DNA from: Mesotaenium endlicherianum
Taxonomy: Eukaryota
Reading direction: 5' to 3'
Length of the DNA: 48,639 nucleotides
NCBI GenBank assembly: GCA_009602735.1
Contig: WELA01000646.1
Coordinates: 1 to 48,639, forward strand
Shown here: piece by piece, positions 1-9,748 of the stretch
How the letters are laid out: each line of letters starts with the position of its first letter
Position numbering within the stretch: the first letter of the stretch is position 1
Notes under the pieces: generated by a model
Database searches by the model: none
The model's input: only the letters and a program-made list of their open reading frames with translations
What the model was told of the DNA's origin: nothing
Position numbers and translations under genes: made by a program

Positions 1-469
1 GGGGAGTGGGGGGAGGGAGAGGAATAGAGAGAGAGGGAGGGAGGGAAGGCAAAAGAGAGTGAATGAGAGAGAGGGAGGGAGAGAAGTAGTGGGGGTGGGG
101 CTCCAAACTTAGGGATTTGAGTACGGAGTTTTGAAAGCTGGGGTATGGCATTTTGGGTTTGAGATTTAGAGTTGTGAAAAGGGTCCAGGGTTATTTTGCA
201 AAGGACGCGATAGGCAGGATTGATAGGGGCTGAGGTTAATAGGAAGGACGGCACTGATACAGGTTAGGAGCAAAGGGGCAGAGGCTGGAGGGAGGCAGGG
301 GAATCACTCAAAAGTGAGCAGTTAAGTCAAGGGGGGGGGTAAGGAAGGGGCAAAGGTTGAGATGGAAAGGGAGGTCTTGCTCATGAATGGACAGAAGGGT
401 AAGGGGGGTGGGTGTAGGGGCTGGGACTGAAGCTGGGTAAGAGGAGGAGGGGGCCTGTGGCTCACTTAC

Positions 470-886
470 AACACCGCCAACTTGTGCAGGCTGCCAGCCC
501 ACGAGGGGATGTCAGCCGGTTGCCGTACAGTATCCTGCATCCCACGCCCCAAAGTTGAGCAGCCATTTAACGCCAGTTCGGGCCAAGCGAGGTCGCCCGC
601 ACGCATCAATGACAAGCAAGGGGTACCATAACACGATGAAAGACAATGGAGAGGACGATGTGGAGGACGATTTGGAGGACAATGCGGAGGACGATGCGGA
701 GGACGATGCGGACGACGATGCAGAGGACGATGCAGATGAAGGGGAGGTGGAAAGGCATGAGGCAGATGGAGGCAGATGGAGGAGGAGGAGGAGGAGGAGG
801 GGGGCGGGGGCTCATAGCTGCTTAGGTCAGAGGCAATGGCTAGCGTGGAGGGGATGGGCCCGCTTAGGTCGATGGAGTAGAGCACC
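470..886 (-). pseudogene. Two decayed plant-type extracellular LRR exons (LRR-RLK/RLP-like gene remnant)
   Basis: Exon 816-886 follows ctgcag and reads VLYSIDLSGPIPSTLAIASDLSS (71 nt, donor reads ATGAG). Exon 470-534 follows atgcag and reads ILYGNRLT/IPSWAGSLHKLAV followed by gtaagt (65 nt, frameshifted). Both match LxxNxLsGxIP and the 72-nt one-LRR-per-exon pattern, but with indels. Confidence 0.7.
651..735 (+). repeat. 12-bp tandem repeat (GAGGACGATGCG-like, about 7 units)
   Basis: Units are directly visible, lying between the two LRR exons. Confidence 0.85.
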
Positions 887-1414
887 CTGCAGCAACAGCA
901 CATTGACACATGCACGTGTATGTCACAAACTCGCAAATAAGCACGCTTCTCACAAGAATATTGGCCGCCATTGGAGCCCGTCCCGCAACGTTCTCACCCA
1001 CCCCACGTTGTGGCACGCGCATTCACCCACCCCACTCCAGCGGTGCAGCGACGTGCAGCAATCATTAACACCACCTGTCAAGCGCAGGAGCACACACAAA
1101 AGAGATATAGAGAGGTAAATCTAAATAGTCAAACCACTCACGCCTGTACCTTTGTGTTTCACTCACACATTGCCCCTTGCATGCGTACGTATCAATGCCG
1201 TATGGTTGTTGATCATAGATACATACAGACATGCAGGGCAGGAACTTGGGATTGTGACTCACAAATGGCAGGCTTATGACCCTCACAGGCGCCTAACAAC
1301 GGCTCTCAACGCCTTTCGTGACACACGTAGGTTGTGCCTGCAATGCATTGCCACTAGTCACAAAAGACCACCATAAACATATATTCAACAACGGAGGGCA
1401 CAAAATGAGATGGA

Positions 1415-1695
1415 TGTCGTGCCTAACGTGGCACGTGCGTGGCTTCTCAGCACGTGTGCCTTCGACTTGGTTGACGTGTCGGTGCGTCGCTGCACGTGGG
1501 GATCGACCTGATTGATCGTCCCTCGCACGTGTGTTGGTGACAGACTGGTTGGGGTTTGACCCATTCTTGGTCTTCCTGCACTTGCATCATGCGGTGAGGC
1601 ATCCCACACTCAGTGCTTCCCATGTTCAACCCGTTCGTCATTCAACACTTAGCAAAAAATTTCAAGAAGATAGCTTATCTTCAGTTTCCCTTACA
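1415..1695 (-). repeat. Family A terminal repeat segment X, outer copy
   Basis: Direct repeat of 2927-3218 (over 90% by eye, one ~12-nt indel). On the minus strand it starts TGTAAGGG and ends GGCACGACA. Similarity stops sharply at 1415. Confidence 0.9.
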
Positions 1696-2924
1696 AGGAC
1701 AGGAGCGTCTTACTTCCACACAGGCTTTCGCCCGAGTTGAGGGTTTACAGAATGAATAACTTTATAGTTTGTAGAAATCACGTCTAAGCAGCTTAACAGG
1801 CAATGCCTAGTTCAAAGAAAATCGCCCTTTAAGGCTTTTGCTTAACTTCCACAAGTCACAGCTTACAAAACTCTGAATTGCACATCTATGCTGGCCTGGT
1901 TTGAGTTCTTCGCTCAACACCGCGCCTTAACAGCTCTTCACGGCTTGGCTGAGCTCACTCAATGCTTCACTGAGGGCTCTACTTGTTAATACTACTCTTG
2001 CTTATCAGCAATTCGACAATTGAGACTTCTGAGAACTTGGAAACTAACACAGCACTCACCATTTTAAGTGACCCTCGCACGCTTGCGGCGTTTGACCCAA
2101 ATCTGTGCTAATCTCCTAACAGATTCTATCTTGCAGCTCTCTACTTTCTACCAGCGAGATCCTGTCTTGGGAACTCCTGAGGTCTAACCTTTCTATGATA
2201 CCCTTAGGAAGAAATCTTCCAGCGTCGGTAGAAGCGTGGCGCCCCCGCTCTTCTATGCCCTTGGGAACTCCTCTTCTTTGCGCTCCTTCTGCTTCTTCAG
2301 CTTCCTTTGACAACAATGCGAGCAAGAATGAGGCAGCTTCAGGCAAGACTCGTGCCTTTCACAGGCACCACACACTGTCCTCTCTCGAGAATGCCAGTGC
2401 TTAGTTACAGCGTTTAGCATGCATGCCGTCCTTACCCAACAGTTCTCACACAGCTTAGAAGTTGTCATTCAGCATGCATGCATGCATTGGGATTGTTGCG
2501 CGTGACCGCTTAGCCTTTCAGCTGACAATCACGCCTATGCGGCTGGCTGGCACCGTTTAGGGTGAACGCTCAATCCGTGACTAGTCATCTGAGGGTCTGG
2601 CCGAGGCGGCACACAACACCCTTTGCAACATCCCTGCTGTACTTGGCTTGGGTAGCCGATTGATCAGTACCTTTCTTGGTACTCGCTGGGCTGGCTCATT
2701 GCTGGTTCCATGCCCCTAGCCTTTCGGCTGACTACTTTGTCGTAATCCCTATCCAGTCCTGGATGTGGGTTTGATGTGTCGTGACCACTTTGACAGTGGT
2801 AACGACTTGAACATGACCGCTGACTCGGTCCTTTGGTCGGTGAGTCAATGTTGACTTCCCGTACCTGGGCGGCCATGACTTGCGCTGCGCGTGCGGCACC
2901 GTCAAGTGGATAGCAGTCGCGACA
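1696..2924 (-). repeat. Family A terminal repeat segment Y
   Basis: Begins TGTCGCGAC on the minus strand. 2664-2924 is homologous to 45838-46100, the 5' end of family A copy 2. Confidence 0.75.
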
Positions 2925-2926
2925 GC

Positions 2927-3218
2927 TGTCGTGCCTAACAGCGTCAAAAACCTGGCACGTGCGTGGCTTCTCAGCACGTGTGCCCTCGACTTGGTTGACG
3001 TGTCAGTGCATCGCTGCACGTGGGGATCGACCGGGTTGATCGTCCCTTGCACGTGTGTCGATGACAGACTGGTTAGGGTTCGACCCATTCCTGGTCTTCC
3101 TGCACTTGCATCATGCGGTGAGGCATCCCATACTCGGTGCTTCCCATGTTCAACCAGTTCCTCATTCAACACTTAGCAGAAATTTCGAGAAGATAGCTTA
3201 TCTTCAGTTTCCCTTACA
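2927..3218 (-). repeat. Family A terminal repeat segment X, inner copy (PPT-adjacent, U3-like)
   Basis: Starts TGTAAGGG immediately after the polypurine tract. Contains four CACGTG boxes. Confidence 0.9.
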
Positions 3219-3230
3219 CCCCTCCCTTTC
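3219..3230 (-). promoter_or_regulatory. Polypurine tract of family A
   Basis: GAAAGGGAGGGG directly abuts TGTAAGG, about 35 nt after the end of pol. Confidence 0.85.
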
Positions 3231-3264
3231 AGCTGAGGCGTCCCTGCCTTTCTGCTGAAAGCTT

Positions 3265-3672
3265 TTATTTTTTGTCCCTGTGGCTGGGGGTTTCGGGAAG
3301 GCAGTCACGACATTCCCACCATCCTGCCATAATCTCTTCTTCACCAATGCAGAAGGTGTGCCAACGGGCACCACACTAATCGCAAGTTACCATTGCTTCT
3401 TGAGCATCCAGCACTTTGCAGCTGGCACAAGGCGTGGCTGGCACCAATTCCTCGGGCATTGTCTTGATCGTAGGATCGATATTTGGCAAATGGCACAACA
3501 AACAGTTCTGCACGTCATCTCTCATGGTCTTACCATCAAAACCTTCCAATTCCAACACACCATTGTTGAACGCATGTTTCACGCGTAAGATCACTTCACC
3601 TGAACTGGTGTCAATGGTGGTCTTAGTCTGGCGCTTGCGGTAGACAAAGTCTCCTTCCTGGATCTGCGTCAT
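3265..3672 (-). pseudogene. Integrase C-terminal extension with PHD finger (one in-frame TAG)
   Basis: Reading through the stop at 3376-3378 gives CASCKVLDAQEAMVTCD*CGARWHTFCIGEEEIMAGWWECRDC, a C4-H-C3 PHD signature with WxCxxC. Confidence 0.85.
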
Positions 3673-3693
3673 TTGCAGGCGGTAGCTCCCATC

Positions 3694-5253
3694 TCACGTC
3701 TTGGCGTAACGCTGCGTGTCTCTTTTCTGTGCAATTTTCAGATTGTCCAGGGCAGCAGGCATTATGTGCTCAAATAACACCTTACGGCGCAACATGACCT
3801 TTAGCAGTTCATCAGGGTTGTCCAGGTCTTTCACCTGCTCAATCTCCTGCTTGATGCTGCTGGGCACAATTGGACTTCTTCCAAACAAAATTTGATAAGG
3901 CGAGTAATTTGCCAAAGCAGCTTGCTTGCTAAATCTATAACCCATAAGCAGCCATGGCAAGGCCAGATCCCAATCACGCTTATCATGCTTAAGGCAAAAT
4001 TTGCGCAAAGCAGACTTAATGGTTTGCACCATCCGTTCTGCCAGACCATTTGCTTGTGAGTGGTCTCTAGACGTAGTGCGATGGTCAATGAAGCATTTGT
4101 CCAGGAGTTTTTGAAAAGATCCTTGGAACTCAGACCCTTGGTCTGTCAGCACTTCTGCTGGGGCTCCATGACGTACAATCACACCATTGAGGAGCGCTTC
4201 CGCGGTCCCCAAGCTTTCCTTAGCATTTAGAGGCACCACCTCTATCCACTTAGAGAAATGCTCAATCACGACCATAATGTACTTGTTACCTCGCTTGGAC
4301 AGCGGTAGCTCACCTGCGAGATCGCAGCTCCACCGATATCCTAGGCCCGTAATTGGCAGAGGTTGTAGGTGCGGGTGTTGCTGCGTAAAACCAGCCTTGA
4401 CGCGATCGCAGCTTCTACAGGCCTTGATCACATCCTCACAGTGCTGCTTCATGCCCCTCCACCAGTAAGACAGCTCCAGAAGACTGTATGTCTTCTTAAC
4501 ACCATAGTGTCCAGTATTCTCATGCATTTCCTGCACCAGAGCTTGTCTTTTGTTGGGTTCTGGCACTAACTTATCCTGACCAGTTTCTTCAATCTTGAAG
4601 AGGTTATTGCATTTCCAGCAAAACTTTTTAGCCCGATGGCCTACCTGGTCCTTTTTTGTTGTCGACAATCCTTCTATATGGGTCCCCGTCTTCAACCAAT
4701 GCATAGTGGCTTGATCTTTCCAGATCTCTGGACTGAACAAGGGTAGGGGCTCAGCTTCTCCTGATGCTACCATTCTAGCCATTTCGGCCAAGCAGGCGGC
4801 CAATTCTGTGGGGCTGCTCGGGTCTTCGTCTTCTCGAGCCCCTGTTCTGTCGTCTGCAGATGGGTCCGGGTTCCTGCTGAGTCCATTAGCGTCGTTGTTG
4901 AGTATACCTGCTCGGTGTATCACCGTCATCTGGTACTCCTGGAGCTTGAGAGCCCAACGAGCGAGTTTACCAGTGAGGTCTCCATTCTTCATCAACCAGA
5001 GTAACGGCGAATGATCTGTGATCAGCGTGAAGGGCCTCCCCCATAGATATTCTCTAAAATGTGCAACAGCCCAGACCACTGCCAGTAGCTCTCCTTCGTA
5101 GGACGAGTAGTTGCTCTCTGCTTGGTTGTTAAAGCACAAGACATAGGCAATGACGTACTCCTCTCTAGGACTTTCGGCCTGAGTGAGTACTGTGCCAATT
5201 CCCACACGACTCCAGTCGGTGTGTAGATTGAACGGCTTGGAGTAGTCAGGTGT
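3694..5253 (-). pseudogene. pol: Family A RNase H and DDE integrase (frameshifted)
   Basis: RNase H motifs LHTDWS, NYSSYEGELLAVVWAV, ITDHSPL, LARWALKLQEY. Integrase HHCC (HENTGH...CRSC) and catalytic CDLAG, TDQGSEF, LAERMV. Confidence 0.95.
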
Positions 5254-6261
5254 TCACAAGACTGGGGCTGTTACCAGCCGCTCCTTGAGCTCATTCATGG
5301 CCTTCTCCTGGGCTTCTGTCCACACAAAAGGTACGTCATTTTTGAGGAGTTCTGTTAAGGGTTTAGCAATTTTGCTATAATCCTTCACAAACTTACAATA
5401 GTATCCGCTTAGCCCTAACAGAGCTTTCAGCTTAGACACATTTGTTGGTGCAGGTATCTTGTAAATGGTTTTAGTCTTTACAGCCTGAGGGGACATAGCA
5501 TTATTCCCAATCTCATGTCCTAGGTAAGGCACGTGTGCCTCAAAGAATCTGCACTTTCCAGGGTGCAGCCTCATCTGGAATTTCTCCAGGCGCTGGAACA
5601 CTTGCTCCAAGTGCTCGAGGTGCTCCTCTATGGACTTGCTGAACACCACTACGTCATCTATGTATGGTTTTGCAAAATCCAGCCCCTCCAGCACTTTATC
5701 CATAGTCCTCTGAAAGATGGCTGGGGCATTTTTCAGCCCAAACGGCATTACCGTCCATTGCCAAAGTTCCCTTTGGGCCCATAAAGCGGTCTTACCTTGA
5801 TCTTCTGTTTTCACAGGGTTCTGGTTGAACCCTTGGCGTAGGTCGATGATGCTGAACACCTTCCCGGTGGTAGCAATCGCAAAGATCCGCTCTAGTGTAG
5901 GCATCACATAGCTGTCTGGCTCCGTGTGAAGATTCAGTCGTCTGTAGTCTTCACACATACAAGTGGCTGTATAATTGCCATCCTTGTCCTTCTTGGCAAC
6001 TACTACCATGGGAGCTCCATGTATTGAGGTTGATTTCTCAATCATGCCGAGCTTATGCAGCTCCTAGCAAGTTTTCTCCACATAGTCCCATTCGGTCTGA
6101 CTGAGCTTATGCGGCCCAAGTCTGACTGGGTTATCAGTAGTTAGTGTGATCTTACACATACTGGCAGTGGATCTACCAATCTCCTCCTTAGTAAAAGCAA
6201 ACACCTTGCAAAGCTTCTTCATCAGCCTCCCTACTTTTGCTCTCTGTTGGGCTGAGACCAT
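5254..6261 (-). pseudogene. pol: Family A reverse transcriptase
   Basis: DYRRLN, IIDLRQGFNQ, VMPFGLKNAPAIFQR, YIDDVVVFS, YLGH. In-frame stop near 6064. Confidence 0.95.
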
Positions 6262-8479
6262 GTTTCCAATGGTAAAAACCTCAGCTGCTGGCTGCTTTTC
6301 CCCAACACAGGCATCCAGTAGTTGCTACTTCTTGGGTCTAGGTGGAGGCTTTTTGCCCTCATCCTGGCCTTCAGGCTTTTCTGCCTGATTGTTAGACGGT
6401 GGAGTGGCAGGCTTTGCAGCTTGGTCCTCCGCTGTCTCAAGCTTGGTGGCCTGCTTCTCAGGCCTTTTACCTTTTCCAATAGAACGTCACCTCTCTTGTG
6501 GCGTGGAGTAGGTCAGACGCCTCCGGATGGGCTGCTTGAAGAATCTTTCTTCATCGGCTGCAGTCCAGCTGGTCCCTGTTCCTCCTTCTTCACGTGGTGG
6601 GGGTGGGTTTGGCCACCCTGCTGGATCTGCTCAAAGGTCGATTGTGCAACCCCACTCGCGCTCAATGGTAGCTATGCGCGCAACGGTTGTGCCAAACTCC
6701 TCCCTGGCTGGTGGCGTAACCGTCCATGCTTGTGTCACAGTCTGCGATCTTTGAGCCGCAGCTAGTTGTGCGTATATAGCATTCTCTGCTGTCAAATGGC
6801 TTATGGTGCTTCTCAGCTCTACCAATTCCCTTTCAGACACTGCAGGTGTCCTAGGAGCTGACCATTCTTTCTCCCACATTTCTGTAGATGAGGGGCGCAC
6901 CATGGAAATGTGAATTCCCAATGCCATGGCTTTGCGAATTAAGCCATCCTCTCCCTCTCTCTGCAAAACTTCCAAGATAGGTCGCGGAGGAGAAACCGTG
7001 GTTTTTTTCAAAACTTCTTCTCTCTAAGCTGTTCCCCTGTACTTAAGATAACGCATCAGCATCCGCCTGAAAGGTGCATTCCATTCCCAGGCCACCTTTC
7101 TTGGTCTGCTTGCGCAACCGTGAGGATTTCCTTGTGTTGGTTCCACCTTAGCAGTGCAGGCAGCCACTTCCTGCGGTTGTTGTAGCTAATGTGGGGTATC
7201 TTCTCGTGCTGGAAAACTGGCGGTTGGAGTGCTGGATGTGGGCGACCTTAGATCGTTGTAAAGATCGGCCGGGCTGGGTCCTTCCATCATCAAGTGGTCG
7301 TTCACTCAATCATCCGTTCTGAGCTCTTGTAACTCCAACAGGTCCAGCTCTGGGGTAGGAAAACGTAGAATTTCTTCCCGAATCTCCTCTTCATTGGTGA
7401 CTGACGGGCAGGTCAAACCCTAGAAGGTCTGGCATCTCTGCCTCATCTTCAACTGATTTCCCCGCTCTCGTTGGTGGCGGTTCTCCTTCATTATCTGTGT
7501 TGAGCTTTGCCAAGTTGACGATGGCTGATTGCAGAGCGCTTGCCGCCTTAGCCACTTCCCTTTCCTTGTGTTGTCAAGCGTCTCCACCCAGCAGCTGCTC
7601 CATGATTTGCCTTGAAATGGATTCAGCTGTTTGACTGGCTGAACCCTGCTGTTGCCCCTTAGCTTGCGGCTCTGGGCTCATCAAGGCAGGTGTTGTAGAC
7701 AATTTCTTGTCCAACTCTTCCTGGCGTTCTTCAAATATCACTTCGAGACATATGGTCTTTGCAGACCCTCCAGAATCTCCTGAGTTCTGGCTACTCTCTT
7801 CAGCCCTTTCACCAAGATTGCACTGGCGTTCTTGCATTACTACTTGGTTTAAGCAGTATCCAGTATTTTCGGCCATAGGCCAGGAGTCTTCGTCTCAGAT
7901 TCTTCTGACATGTATTGTAACGACGCTTGCTCTGGTGAAGACGATAGACACTTTTGGTTAGATTCCCAGCTACTTGAGCATTCCTGCCAATAGTCTCCGC
8001 GCCCAGCTGCTCTTGGGGTGAGGTGGGTATCATACCTTGACCTGGTCTTTTTTGGAGTCTCTTCACGTCTTGATGTCGTGGCTACAAGATGTGAGCTCCC
8101 AAAAATCTAGCTGTGAATGGCGTTTCTCGCAGATGATGGGGTGCCATGCGTATCGTCTTCTACTCTTGGTAGCGGCACTGCCTGCTCACGCGCCTGATCC
8201 CTCATGGGTGTATCCTCTCTTTTTAGAGGTGCTTGTAATTCCTTGGTCCCGTTATCAATCCGGGCCAACAGATCCTGACATCTCATCAGTTTTGCCACTC
8301 TTTCTCCCCTGAATGCTCTGTCTACAGCGGCTTCCACTGCGTCTCTTTGCACTCAGTATTCTTCTTGTTGCTGATGTGCCGTTTTGATAGCCCTCTGATC
8401 AGATGTTGGCACCACATTGAACCCAATTGTCACTGGTTTTGGTCTTGGCATAGGCTTGTCAGTGAAGGTCAACTGTTGC

Positions 8480-8922
8480 CATGTCATGATTGTTTCCACC
8501 AACCAAGTCATAGAGTGCTGCCCGATCATGTTGCCGAAAATCTTTGCGGCTTCATAAGACCCTACAGCACCGGCTATATGCTGAGCTATGGTGTCAGGTA
8601 TTCCAAGGCATTTGCCCTTTTCCACCGCGGTAGGCTCTCTCCACACGGCGTCTCTTTCATATATGTCTTTGACCATTCTTGGTCCACCTCCTATGAAGGC
8701 TCGGCATCCTGGATATGCTGTGAAGGTTGGTAGTACCACTATTGGCTGGCCTGGTTCGTTGATGACACACTGTGGATAGGAATCCCTCCTGGTCACTGGT
8801 CTGGTATGCACCGCCAATTCCATTTCCACTGTCAATGCCGTTGGTGATTGCCGTGTAATGTCCTCCATTTCTCTCAGAACCTCCATAGACATGCCGTTGG
8901 TCCAAAATATCCTGGCCCTATG
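8480..8922 (-). pseudogene. C5-cytosine DNA methyltransferase, C-terminal half (motifs VIII-X), inside family A pol
   Basis: HRARIFWTN (motif VIII; DNMT3 has HRARYFWGN), REPTAVEKGKCLGIP (motif IX-like), AAKIFGNMI (motif X-like). Cut at 8922 by an LTR. Confidence 0.75.
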
Positions 8923-9636
8923 TGAAATGAATCGTCTTACCAAATAGGCGACTAATAATTAATAAAGATCATTATATCAGCAAGTAATCTTTATGGATTT
9001 TTTGTTAACTGATTAAACGGCAAAGGACAACACACTAGCTGTGAACAATACTTGTAAATCAAATGAGAGTAAACTAGCATCAATAATGCATTCAGTAAAC
9101 TCATACATAAGCAAGGTTAGAAGACAGTGCGTATCAATGGCTTCTCGCCTTGGATTCAGTTCTCTCTCAGTCAGCTGTACAAGAGAGTTGGCCTCGTTTT
9201 TGAATGCCGAACTCGAGAGCATTGCCTAGCATATGTACATGGAATGAGTTTACTGTTCAACGATCAGTGCGATGGCACCGCCTACCCGGGAGTTAACCAC
9301 GTTGGTAGGACCTTGGTTAACCAAATCCACCCCCATCTCCCATCATCCCAAATCGCCATCCGTCATAGGGATGTCATCTGGCCATTCATTTAGCATATCA
9401 CACCTAGACGCATATCGAGGCAGTTCGCTGCTACCGAGTACGGACGTCAGCTGGCTGTCAAAGAATGTGTTAGCAAGCTGACTTAAGCTGCAGCCTGCTG
9501 CATCCGGCTGAGTCATTAAACTGATACTAAATATAAAGTCCAGCAGCTGACTATCAACTAAAGTTCAGCAGGCTGAACTTAATTTACTATTACATTAAAA
9601 TGAATATTATATCTACTAATATACTGATTCATTACA
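8923..9636 (-). repeat. Family B 3' LTR
   Basis: TGAAATG...ATTACA on the plus strand. PPT (GGAGGGAT, minus) adjacent at 9637-9644. Confidence 0.95.
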
Positions 9637-9748
9637 ATCCCTCCAACTGTACTTGTTGTCGCCTCGACAACATTAAACTGCAAAAGTCTTTGGCCAGGAA
9701 ACTGAACCTGACCCGCCTCTTCCCGTGACTGCCCCTTCAGCGTTTTGC

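Larger units (their letters stand above)
1415..8922 (-). mobile_element. Ty3/gypsy family A copy 1 (3' half: DNMT C-terminal half, linker, RT, RNase H, integrase, PHD finger, PPT, terminal repeats X-Y-X), cut at its 5' side by a family B LTR
   Basis: Domain order RT-RH-INT. PPT at 3219-3230. Repeats at 1415-1695 and 2927-3218. Homologous to 41587-46100. Confidence 0.9.

Noticed and set aside
555..1118. Acidic (EDDA)n ORF
   Set aside because: It is produced by a 12-bp minisatellite and overlaps an LRR exon on the opposite strand; no other support.
9013..9481. Small ORFs recurring at about 9.0, 16.1, 24.0, 46.2 and 47.9 kb
   Set aside because: They recur only because they lie in near-identical LTRs; there is no domain or codon-level evidence.
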